Positions 26,946-35,244 of a DNA stretch of 45,514 nt are shown piece by piece. The DNA comes from Chlamydiales bacterium (GTDB lineage Bacteria; Chlamydiota; Chlamydiia; Chlamydiales; JACRBE01). Location of the stretch: the NCBI GenBank assembly GCA_016213235.1, contig JACRBE010000048.1, positions 1-45,514 of the forward strand, written 5' to 3'. The notes below the pieces were generated by a model. That model was not told the DNA's origin, made no database searches, and saw only the letters and a list, made by a program, of their open reading frames with translations. The position numbers were made by a program, and so were the translations under genes. Every line of letters starts with the position of its first letter. The stretch's first letter is position 1.

Positions 26946-28289
26946 TTAAGCAATCGATAAGAAATTGGAGATTGGGCTTATCACATTTCCAAGTAGAGTT
27001 TGATGATTATAGCTATGAACATGGATGTTTTGTAGCGAGCCTATTAATGAATCATCTCCATCAAAAACCACTTTTTTCCAGCATCTTGTTCTTCCTTTTA
27101 ACCTGCCATCAGAATTTCTACTCTCTACAAGTACCTCTACAGTGGAATCAAGTATGCGTTGGCGCTCTTCAGCTATAATCTCTTCATGAATAGCCATTAA
27201 ACGCTGTAAACGATCATCTTTTACCTCATCCGGAACATCATCTTTCCATCTCATTGCAGGAGTCCCTTTTCTTGCGCTATAAGCAAATAAAAATGCAACA
27301 GAATATCGAATTTGCTTAAATACTTCACAGGTCTCCTGAAACTCTTCTTCTGTCTCTGTTGGGAATCCAACAATAATGTCGGTACCCAAAGAGACATTTG
27401 GTACTATTTCTCGAAAAAGGGCTACTTTCTCCAAATATTGCTCTTTTGTATAAGTGCGATGCATTTTCTTTAAAATTCTAGAAGAGCCTGCTTGAATAGG
27501 AAAATGAACAAATTCACATGCTTTGGGACAATCTCGAATAGCTTGCATGAGTTCAAGTGTGATATCAGTGGGATGTGATGTCATAAAACGGATTCGCTCA
27601 ATACCATCGATTTTGTCTAGTTGATAAATAAGATCGTGAAATAAGCAGTTCCATTGGAGCTGGTCTTTACCGTAACTGTTCACATTTTGCCCAAGCAGGG
27701 TAATCTCTTTGTATCCTTCTGCGGCAAGTTTTTTTACTTCTTCTAAAATACTCTCTGGAGGTCTGGAAACTTCTTTTCCTCTTGTATAGGGGACAACGCA
27801 ATACGTGCAAAACTTGTCACAGCCCCGTATAATGGAAACATGAGCTTTTACCTTATCATCTCGTTTAGCTAAAAGATAATCTAAATTTTCTTCAAATTTA
27901 TCATCTGTTTTAATGATCTGTTTTTGACTTGCTAAAACATCATCAATCACCTGATTAAGGTCCGTGATATTGTTAGTACCAACGATAAAATCAATATAAG
28001 GTAATTTTTTAAATAAGGAGTCTTTTTTAGCCATCGCCATACAGCCGGTCACTCCAATCATAGCCCGTTTGGTTTTAGCTCTTGATATCAGACCTATTTT
28101 CCCCATGACTTTTCTTTCAGCAAGGTCCCGAATAGAGCAGGTATTAAAGATGAGTAAGTCAGCCTCTTGCTCATCTACTACTCGTATGAGTCCTCGTTGC
28201 TGTAATTGTCCTACCATGATCTCGGTGTCTAGTTCATTCATTTGGCAGCCGTAGGTACGAATAAAAAAGGTCTTTAGTGGTCTTTGCAT
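26946..28289 (-). CDS. miaB: tRNA i6A37 methylthiotransferase
   Basis: TYGCQMNE, NTCSIR..AE.K, GCDKFCTYC, RFMTSHP, YSARKGT, TRAM; start taken at ATG 28289. Confidence 0.97.
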   Translation of the reverse strand: MQRPLKTFFIRTYGCQMNELDTEIMVGQLQQRGLIRVVDEQEADLLIFNTCSIRDLAERKVMGKIGLISRAKTKRAMIGVTGCMAMAKKDSLFKKLPYIDFIVGTNNITDLNQVIDDVLASQKQIIKTDDKFEENLDYLLAKRDDKVKAHVSIIRGCDKFCTYCVVPYTRGKEVSRPPESILEEVKKLAAEGYKEITLLGQNVNSYGKDQLQWNCLFHDLIYQLDKIDGIERIRFMTSHPTDITLELMQAIRDCPKACEFVHFPIQAGSSRILKKMHRTYTKEQYLEKVALFREIVPNVSLGTDIIVGFPTETEEEFQETCEVFKQIRYSVAFLFAYSARKGTPAMRWKDDVPDEVKDDRLQRLMAIHEEIIAEERQRILDSTVEVLVESRNSDGRLKGRTRCWKKVVFDGDDSLIGSLQNIHVHSYNHQTLLGNVISPISNFLSIA

Positions 28290-28416
28290 ATATTCCGTGC
28301 TTTTTAGTTGAAAAGGACCTATTTTATAGAATAAGACCTTCTTTTTCAAGAAAGTATTTGCCGATAGGAACTAGGGTAATCTTTTTTTTATTTTAAAACT
28401 TTCCACAATATTCATC

Positions 28417-28445
28417 TTGGAAAAAAATCAGAAAAACTTTATCCT
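28417..28445 (+). promoter_or_regulatory. Putative sigma-66 promoter of rplM-rpsI
   Basis: TTGGAA, 17-nt spacer, TATCCT, about 40 bp upstream of rplM. Confidence 0.4.
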
Positions 28446-28486
28446 ATAAGCTTTTTAGAAAACATGAAGATGGAAAAGGACTTACC

Positions 28487-28927
28487 ATGAAACCGCAAAC
28501 CAAGTTTGTTACGAAAGAAGAAGCTGAAAAGCAACGTAAGTGGTTTATTTTTGATGCAGAAGGAAAAACACTTGGACGCTTTGCTTCAGAAATATCTAAA
28601 ATTTTACGGGGAAAACATAAGCCTGATTATACTCCACATGCCGACACAGGAGATGGCGTTATTATTATTAATGCTGAAAAAATTAAGGTATCAGGCACCA
28701 AAGAAGCTCAAAAAAATTATTACTATTACACTGGTTTTATAGGTGGCTTAAGAGAAGTGCCTTTCCAAGTAATGAAAGCTAGAAAACCAGAATATATTTT
28801 GGAGCATGCTGTAAAAGGAATGATGCCAAAAACAAAGCTTTCTTCTGCGCAACTTACAAGACTTAGAATATTCAAAGGAGCCGAGCATAATATGCAAGCT
28901 CAACAACCTATTCATGTAGCAACTTAA
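28487..28927 (+). CDS. rplM: 50S ribosomal protein L13
   Basis: [31 protein letters not shown]. Confidence 0.99.
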   Translation: MKPQTKFVTKEEAEKQRKWFIFDAEGKTLGRFASEISKILRGKHKPDYTPHADTGDGVIIINAEKIKVSGTKEAQKNYYYYTGFIGGLREVPFQVMKARKPEYILEHAVKGMMPKTKLSSAQLTRLRIFKGAEHNMQAQQPIHVAT

Positions 28928-28940
28928 AAAGAGAGGATCA

Positions 28941-29339
28941 ATGGCTGCTAAACAAGATACAATTATTGGTATTGGAAGAAGAAAAACCTCTGTAGCTTCA
29001 GTCTATATGAGAAAAGGGAAAGGGGAAATTGTTGTAAATGGAAAACCTTTTGATCAATATTTTCCTTTAGAATTGCAACGCGGTACGATTTGTTCTCCAA
29101 TGGAAAAAGTGGGAATGGATGGACAATATGATCTTGTTATCACTGTCAGGGGTGGTGGTATCCAAGGACAAATGATTGCAGCTCGTTTAGGCATTTCAAG
29201 AGCTCTTGTTAAACAAGATGAAGACAGACGAAAGACTCTAAAAGATTGTGGATTTTTAACAAGAGATCCTCGTAAGAAAGAACGTAAGAAATATGGTAGA
29301 GCAAAAGCTCGTAAGAGATTCCAATTCTCCAAACGTTAA
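28941..29339 (+). CDS. rpsI: 30S ribosomal protein S9
   Basis: [35 protein letters not shown]. Confidence 0.99.
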   Translation: MAAKQDTIIGIGRRKTSVASVYMRKGKGEIVVNGKPFDQYFPLELQRGTICSPMEKVGMDGQYDLVITVRGGGIQGQMIAARLGISRALVKQDEDRRKTLKDCGFLTRDPRKKERKKYGRAKARKRFQFSKR

Positions 29340-29368
29340 TATTGTCTTTGTTTTTAATTTTCTTATAT

Positions 29369-29397
29369 AAAGCCTTGGAATAATCCAAGGCTTTTTT
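29369..29397 (+). terminator. Intrinsic terminator of rplM-rpsI
   Basis: AAAGCCTTGGA-ATAA-TCCAAGGCTTT plus T tract. Confidence 0.88.
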
Positions 29398-29579
29398 CAT
29401 TTAAGTGGAATAAGAAGTTATGAGCAGATGTTGTTTGCTTCCCTATGAGAAGCTTCGTATATCCATTCTGGTCATCAGTCATATGATGGTCAAGAGCGTC
29501 AGCATAATCTGTAGATCCATCAGTATTGTGACATGCATCAAGACAATTGCGCATCATAGCTTTCATCTTATCAGCTGCT

Positions 29580-30185
29580 CTAGATGGAAAATACACCACC
29601 TATTGCTGTGGAAATAAACTCTTCTTCAGAAACAGCAGGAGATGAAACAACGGCGCCCGTAGGAGAAAGTAGATTTGGCGAGAAAGGCGCAGATGATAAA
29701 CGGCTCATCATTATGGGGGAAGTTATCCCCAGTTGTGGTGTTACACCTCCATCAGTGGCAGATGTCACGGGTTGAAAGCTCCTGTGAATAGGAGGAGGTG
29801 TTTGCCTTGCTGGTGGAGTAGAAACTGTAGAAGAAGAAGAAGCCAAACGAGAACCGATATCAGCAGCTAAAGGACTAGCAGGAGTGTTGTGAGGTAGTGT
29901 TCCTACGATAGTTGCATTTTCTCGGTTATATGCTCTAAAAGCAAGAGCAATGAGAGTAATAGGAAACAAAACAACAAGGGTGATAAGCTTGATTACATCA
30001 AACAGTTTAGAATAAGGAGCGCTATCAGCAGCAACAGAGTGTCTAAACGTGTTGGTAGTCCCAACCTGTATATAATGACGACCTCCTAAGAGATGCACCT
30101 CTAGCGCTTCTTCAAAAAAAGATTCTACACAGTATTGTTTTGGATTAAAGATAAGTACATCTGAACAATTAGCCATAACATGCAT
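29580..30185 (-). CDS. Chlamydial DUF648-like protein with S/P/T-rich tail (possibly frameshifted into 29363..29599)
   Basis: SFFEEALEVHLLGGRHY and KLITLVVLFPITLIALAFRAYNR match the DUF648 pattern from memory. Confidence 0.65.
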   Translation of the reverse strand: MHVMANCSDVLIFNPKQYCVESFFEEALEVHLLGGRHYIQVGTTNTFRHSVAADSAPYSKLFDVIKLITLVVLFPITLIALAFRAYNRENATIVGTLPHNTPASPLAADIGSRLASSSSTVSTPPARQTPPPIHRSFQPVTSATDGGVTPQLGITSPIMMSRLSSAPFSPNLLSPTGAVVSSPAVSEEEFISTAIGGVFSI

Positions 30186-30418
30186 CCTTTTTAAAAAAAA
30201 CGATTTAATTTAATAACATTGTACATGTTTATTTATTTTTTCGAACATTTATAGATGGTTTTACAGTGATTTCCGCTAAAAGATTATCATCTTCTCTATG
30301 ATCAAAAATTTTTTTTTACTATAAAATCTGTACGAAAAAAATCAAAACGCCTTCACAAAGACTCTCTTCTTTTTTGTCTCGGGAAAACACATATTTTCGT
30401 AGTGATATGAAATTAAAT

Positions 30419-30437
30419 CTCTATGAAGTTCATAGAG
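30419..30437. promoter_or_regulatory. Palindromic operator / candidate enhancer-binding-protein site
   Basis: CTCTATGAA-G-TTCATAGAG perfect 9-bp inverted repeat; half-site CTCTATGA also at 30294-30301. Confidence 0.5.
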
Positions 30438-30489
30438 CATAAAAATAACAGTCCTCACAATGCATTATAAGGGTGTTTTTTTAATTAAA

Positions 30490-30506
30490 TTGGCATGGAT
30501 AATGCT
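30490..30506 (+). promoter_or_regulatory. Sigma-54 (RpoN) -24/-12 promoter
   Basis: TTGGCATGGATAATGCT: GG (30492-93), exactly 10 nt, GC (30504-05); close to consensus YTGGCACGNNNNTTGCW. Confidence 0.7.
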
Positions 30507-30516
30507 TAACTATTTG

Positions 30517-30771
30517 TTTCCCAGTCTATTAAATTAGCTGGAATTACTGATAGTTTTGAGGCGCTTTGGTAATAGATGAAGGAGTTGCATTTTTTCAGGA
30601 ACAAAAAGGTTCATATTAAAGGGATGACCCGTCAGCGATCTTATCTGTCTAATCCGCTCATACTTCATCAGACTGCAAACCTTCCAAAGAGCCGATTGCG
30701 GTTGCGCTGCAAACGGCAGCTATTAGTGCAGACGGGTGCAATGCCTGTCATGGAGGTTTGGATAACAGGCA
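30517..30771 (+). ncRNA. Candidate sigma-54-dependent multi-domain structured RNA
   Basis: Four abutting stem domains starting at the predicted +1 (30518-30543, 30544-30572, 30575-30669, 30676-30760); visibly GC-richer than flanking intergenic DNA. Confidence 0.5.
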
Positions 30772-30794
30772 CAGCAGATCCAAGTTCTTGCAAT

Positions 30795-32285
30795 CTATCC
30801 ATTATATTTTTCATTTAAGTAATGAAGAAAGTGTCTAGATGAGATCCCTTCTTTTGTCACCTTTTGAAGCAGTTCATGAGAATAATACTTTCTTCCCTCG
30901 GAGTGTACATGTTTTGTAAGCCACTGTTTCATAAAAAGCAGATCATGGTGTTGCATTTTTTTGCTGTAGTCCGGATGATCTTTTTTTAGCTGGTTAAAGA
31001 ATTGAGCGGCATAAAAGCAACCTAGAGCATACGTTGGGAAGTATCCAACATATCCTGCAGCAAAGTGAATATCTTGTAAGCATCCCTCTTTATCTGTCGG
31101 AGGTACAATGCCAAGATACTGTTTCATTTTTTCTCTCCAAATATCGGGTAAATCTTTTGGCTTTAGTGACCCTTCGATAAAACCTTTTTCTATTTCATAT
31201 CGCAAGATAATGTGCAAACAATAGGTAACTTCATCTGCATGCACTCTGATAAAGGATGGCTCAATTTTATTGACTGCTTGATATAAGGTATCTAAGGAAA
31301 GATGTGATAAAGAGGGAAATTCTTGTTTAACAGTAGGGTAAAATCCTTGCCAAAAGTTTTTATTTAAACCAACAAAACACTCCCAAAATTTAGATTGACT
31401 CTCATGCATAGCAATGGATAAATATCTTCTGAGTGGGATAGGAAGAGTCGTATTTTCTATGTTTGCTTCATAAAGACCATGACCTGCTTCATGCAAGATG
31501 GTGGAAATATTATCTGCAAAGTTAGAAGGATTTATTCGGGTTGTCATCCGAATATCATCCTGGCAAAATCCAAAACAAAAAGGGTGAGAAGAGAGATCTA
31601 ATCGATAAGCATCTTTGTCATATCCCATTTTAAGGAGCAGTTCATGACTGATTTTTTTTTGTTTCTCCACATCAAAATTACCTTTTAGGCAGTCATCATT
31701 GATGTTTTTTCGATTCGCAACAAGATCTTGGATAGGTTGTTTAATTGTTCCAAAAAGTTTATCCAGTTGCTGTACCGTCATCTTTGGTTCATATAGATCG
31801 ATAAGGGCATCATAAGGATGATCTGTAAATCCAAGACAATCTGCCTTTTTTCTCATCAGATCAAATGTTTTTTCCAGGTAAGGTAAAAAAGCAGCAAAAT
31901 CATTTTCTTGTTTTGCTTTTGACCAGACATGAGATGACTCGGCTGCCACTTTAGCGATTTCTTCTACCAAAGAAGAGGGGAGTTTAATTTCTTTTTCATA
32001 ATCTTCAAAGCATCGCAAGACAGCAATTTGTTGATCTTCCGAGAGATCCTTAATGAGTACTTCCTTCGTTTGGAAATCGATCAACTGCTTGAAAATAGAG
32101 GATAATTCTTTAGAAGTTAAAAGGTGGTGTTGTAGTTTTGCTATATACTCTTTTTGTGAAGAGCGAAAGGAAATGCCTTTTTTTGGCATATATGTTTCGC
32201 TATCCCACATGAGTAAATAGTCTAGAGATTGAAGAAGACGAGCCTCTTCAGAGATTTCCATCAGTCGTTGATATGCTGGGTGCAT
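30795..32285 (-). CDS. Metallocarboxypeptidase, M32 (carboxypeptidase Taq) family
   Basis: HPF, DIRMTTR, HEAGH, HESQS, IRVHADE, GCLQDIH, GYFPTYALG; start taken at ATG 32285. Confidence 0.96.
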   Translation of the reverse strand: MHPAYQRLMEISEEARLLQSLDYLLMWDSETYMPKKGISFRSSQKEYIAKLQHHLLTSKELSSIFKQLIDFQTKEVLIKDLSEDQQIAVLRCFEDYEKEIKLPSSLVEEIAKVAAESSHVWSKAKQENDFAAFLPYLEKTFDLMRKKADCLGFTDHPYDALIDLYEPKMTVQQLDKLFGTIKQPIQDLVANRKNINDDCLKGNFDVEKQKKISHELLLKMGYDKDAYRLDLSSHPFCFGFCQDDIRMTTRINPSNFADNISTILHEAGHGLYEANIENTTLPIPLRRYLSIAMHESQSKFWECFVGLNKNFWQGFYPTVKQEFPSLSHLSLDTLYQAVNKIEPSFIRVHADEVTYCLHIILRYEIEKGFIEGSLKPKDLPDIWREKMKQYLGIVPPTDKEGCLQDIHFAAGYVGYFPTYALGCFYAAQFFNQLKKDHPDYSKKMQHHDLLFMKQWLTKHVHSEGRKYYSHELLQKVTKEGISSRHFLHYLNEKYNG

Positions 32286-33006
32286 GTTGTTTGTCCTTTC
32301 GTTTTGATAAAGGTGATACAATGTAAGTTGTTAATTGATGTAATATTCCCAAGTCCAAAAACAGAGTCAAAGAGAGCGCAGAAATAGAAAAACTTCCAAT
32401 GAGGGCGTCTGTTAACCAATGTGCTCCTACTACCATTCTGGGCAGAGAATATAAAAGCGAAAAGAAAAGAGATAGCAGGCCATATTTTTTTCCCATTAAA
32501 TAGAAAATAATGAGAGTGAAAAAAATTGTTGTTGTCCCATGATCGGATGGGAAACAAGCCTTATGAGTCTCTTTAATTTTTAGCCATGGTATATGATGCG
32601 ATAACCTGACACTCTTTTCTATTACAAGGGAGGGGCTGAGTCGTCTGATATTAAAAATATCAGGAAGCAAATAGCGATTGATGAAGATGGTTACTAAGGC
32701 ACAAAAGAGAATAAGGAGAAAGATTTGTACCGACCGGTATGATTTCTCTGATTTTTTAGAAAAAATATAGGCTATGACAAAAAAGAGCATGATAACATCA
32801 AATACCCAATCATTAAGGCTATGATTCATTATGGCCCAAAAGGTTTGTGAAAGGAGGGAAGAGGCTATCCAGGAATTAAAGAAAAGATAGCTTGCTGTGT
32901 CGATGATATCCCAATAGTGTCTAGAAAAGGGGATAAGCCAAGAGAGATATAAAATGGTAAAAAAAAGAAAAGTAAAACAAATACGAGAGTAGTTTTTTTC
33001 AGTCAT
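32248..33006 (-). CDS. PAP2-family undecaprenyl-PP phosphatase/lipid A phosphotransferase, LpxT(YeiU)-like
   Basis: RLSPS, CFPSDHG, LPRMVVGAHWLTD, N-terminal LSW..P...W..ID...FFN as in LpxT; in operon with lptFG. Confidence 0.8.
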   Translation of the reverse strand: MTEKNYSRICFTFLFFTILYLSWLIPFSRHYWDIIDTASYLFFNSWIASSLLSQTFWAIMNHSLNDWVFDVIMLFFVIAYIFSKKSEKSYRSVQIFLLILFCALVTIFINRYLLPDIFNIRRLSPSLVIEKSVRLSHHIPWLKIKETHKACFPSDHGTTTIFFTLIIFYLMGKKYGLLSLFFSLLYSLPRMVVGAHWLTDALIGSFSISALSLTLFLDLGILHQLTTYIVSPLSKRKDKQHAPSISTTDGNL

Positions 33007-34081
33007 AAGCAAATCTTAAGCGTATTCCATAAAATAAAAACAATAATAGAGGAATCAGGTTCAGCGCTAGTATAGGAGTTATAATATTATTTATGGAAAG
33101 AATAGCGCAAGCATCCATTAATGTAAAAAAGCAAATATATCCAAAAATAGAAAAAGCAAACACATAATAAAATCTACGTCCTCTAGAGAATTTAATGCAG
33201 AAAGGAATCGACATAATAAGTACTAAAAAAGAAACAAATGGCATGATCAGTTTGTAATAAAGATAGGTTTCTATTTCAAGGCGCTCTTCTTTCATGGAAT
33301 AATTTTTTTTGTATAATGAATAGAGAAGAGTAGTAATGGATTTGTTTTCGCTGCTTAATTTAATAGGAACAGAGGCGCTACTTTGATAATGCATGTTAAT
33401 AAAATGATGAAGATCAAACGATTCATTTTTGATCAAATGACCATTTTCATCTCTGACAAAATGATCTACAAATTTTCCTGTTGGAGTATCACTGGCAAAA
33501 GAGAGTTCTTTAGCATGCCAGATGCTATGGATAGACTCTATCCAGTAAGCATCTATATAGCTTCCATCGCCACTTTGCTGGGAGGAAAAAATCACTTTAG
33601 AATTATCGCTGCAAGTTCTAACAATCAGCTTAGAAGATTTGCCTAAAAAAGAGTGTGGTTTTTTTATCAACTGAGTCTCAAATAGATCGATATAATTGCG
33701 AGCATTTGGAACAAAAAACTGAAAATTGACCAAATTGATGACCATGCAAATATTGGCGAGCAAAAAGAGAGGGGCGCAAATCTTTTTTATCGAAATACCA
33801 GAAGATTGCAGGGCGAGCAGCTCATTGCTTTCATTGAGTAGTGAAAGGGTTCTAATAGAAGCTATTAACAAACTCAAAGGAAGTAAGAAGTCGAGCCTTT
33901 TGCTAAAGATAAGAAAGTAGTATAAAAATAGGTTTGCAAAAGAAAGATCATCCATGTTTGCAAATTCCTGCATATGAATGGAATAATCAATCAAAGCATA
34001 GAGTAAATAGAGAAAAATAAGACAAGCAGACAATCGCCATAACGTAGAGAGGAAAATGTGCCGAAAATAGAGGTATTTCAT
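32999..34081 (-). CDS. lptG: LPS export ABC transporter permease LptG (YjgP/YjgQ family)
   Basis: 3 TM + periplasmic domain + 3 TM; LLPLSLLIA, NELLALQSSGIS. Confidence 0.85.
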   Translation of the reverse strand: MKYLYFRHIFLSTLWRLSACLIFLYLLYALIDYSIHMQEFANMDDLSFANLFLYYFLIFSKRLDFLLPLSLLIASIRTLSLLNESNELLALQSSGISIKKICAPLFLLANICMVINLVNFQFFVPNARNYIDLFETQLIKKPHSFLGKSSKLIVRTCSDNSKVIFSSQQSGDGSYIDAYWIESIHSIWHAKELSFASDTPTGKFVDHFVRDENGHLIKNESFDLHHFINMHYQSSASVPIKLSSENKSITTLLYSLYKKNYSMKEERLEIETYLYYKLIMPFVSFLVLIMSIPFCIKFSRGRRFYYVFAFSIFGYICFFTLMDACAILSINNIITPILALNLIPLLLFLFYGIRLRFAYD

Positions 34082-35172
34082 GAAATAGCCCCTTTAGAAA
34101 TAAAATGGTGTCGTTGCAATGTGATGTAAAAATTGAGTATATGAGGAATAACATATAATAAAATGGATATCCCTACATTTGAATGAAAGGACCTGCCTCC
34201 TAAAAAACAAATAAAAGAAAAGGTAACAAGCAGCAATAAGACAATCAAGGATCTCTTTGATCTCTCCCTTCCTACTTGCATAGATAAATGAAGCCCTAGC
34301 AGAGAAAAAGAAACAATAGAGAGGCTAAGAGAGAGTCGTTTGATGATTTCTATCATCGCTTTGCTATGGGATTTATGGATGTTTTTAGCAAATAGTTCTC
34401 CAAGAAGTTGTGAAGAAGAAAACTCAGAAATAGAGGTCTTTTTAGTTAAATTAGAGGTGAGTAACTGGAATAATTTCCCATCGGTAGAAATATGATTTTG
34501 ATTATCGATGAGTAGATGGTTAAAACCTTCTTTTGCTGCAGGGGAATAAGTAATAAAAGTAATAAAATCACCACCTAAACGATTATTGTTTTCCAGCATC
34601 AGTTTTTTTCCAACAATCAGATTAAGAGAAGAGGAGTAATCATCATAAAAAGATAAAATAACATCATGAGCACTTTTGCCAGATTGAATCATATCCATTT
34701 GTATATAAGAATCTTTTGTTTTCATTAATCGATTCTTTTTTAGTAGTAGCAATGGGTTTTGATAAATAATCTGCGATAGCATCACTTTAGAAGCGCTCCG
34801 AGACCTGGGAGTGAGTTCTGATACAATAATAAAATTAACAAGAGACAATAAAACAGCGGAAAAATAGATAGGAAATAAAATGTGATGAATGCTCATTTGA
34901 CAGCTTCGCAGGGAGGTCATTTCCTGGGAATAGCAAATTTTTTGCATTAAAAAACAAGAAGAGATAAGAGCCGCAATAGGAATGCAAATAGGTAACATGT
35001 TTGGAATCTGATAAACGGTAAATAGGATGATGCAGTAAAGGGAAGTTCCCAGTGTTGCAAATCTTGCAATGTCTTGTGATCGAACAACAAGCATTAACAA
35101 GACAAACAAGGAAATGGTCAAAAAGAAGTTTTTAAAAAATATCTTTAAAAGATATCGCCATAGTATGGGCAA
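34078..35172 (-). CDS. lptF: LPS export ABC transporter permease LptF (YjgP/YjgQ family)
   Basis: PILWRYL, IPNMLPICIP, EMTSLRSCQMS, ELTP; start at TTG 35172 after AGGTGA. Confidence 0.85.
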   Translation of the reverse strand: MPILWRYLLKIFFKNFFLTISLFVLLMLVVRSQDIARFATLGTSLYCIILFTVYQIPNMLPICIPIAALISSCFLMQKICYSQEMTSLRSCQMSIHHILFPIYFSAVLLSLVNFIIVSELTPRSRSASKVMLSQIIYQNPLLLLKKNRLMKTKDSYIQMDMIQSGKSAHDVILSFYDDYSSSLNLIVGKKLMLENNNRLGGDFITFITYSPAAKEGFNHLLIDNQNHISTDGKLFQLLTSNLTKKTSISEFSSSQLLGELFAKNIHKSHSKAMIEIIKRLSLSLSIVSFSLLGLHLSMQVGRERSKRSLIVLLLLVTFSFICFLGGRSFHSNVGISILLYVIPHILNFYITLQRHHFISKGAIS

Positions 35173-35244
35173 GGCATCACCTTTTTCTCTTATATACAGA
35201 AGAAAAAAAGTGTATCGCAATCGCAAATTTGATACAATCACCGC

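Noticed and set aside
30676..30760. tRNA-Cys/Sec-like or canonical SAM riboswitch reading of domain 4 (CTGCAAA loop, T-loop-like hairpin, AAGAG)
   Set aside because: Acceptor and anticodon stems cannot be built with tRNA geometry; P1 lacks the AU/UA pairs of SAM-I and there is no downstream co-oriented gene
30576..30818. 80-aa + strand ORF (MKELHFF..) from the ORF track
   Set aside because: No clear SD at a suitable distance, no recognisable domain, overlaps the M32 gene end; the region is better explained as structured RNA, though translation is not excluded
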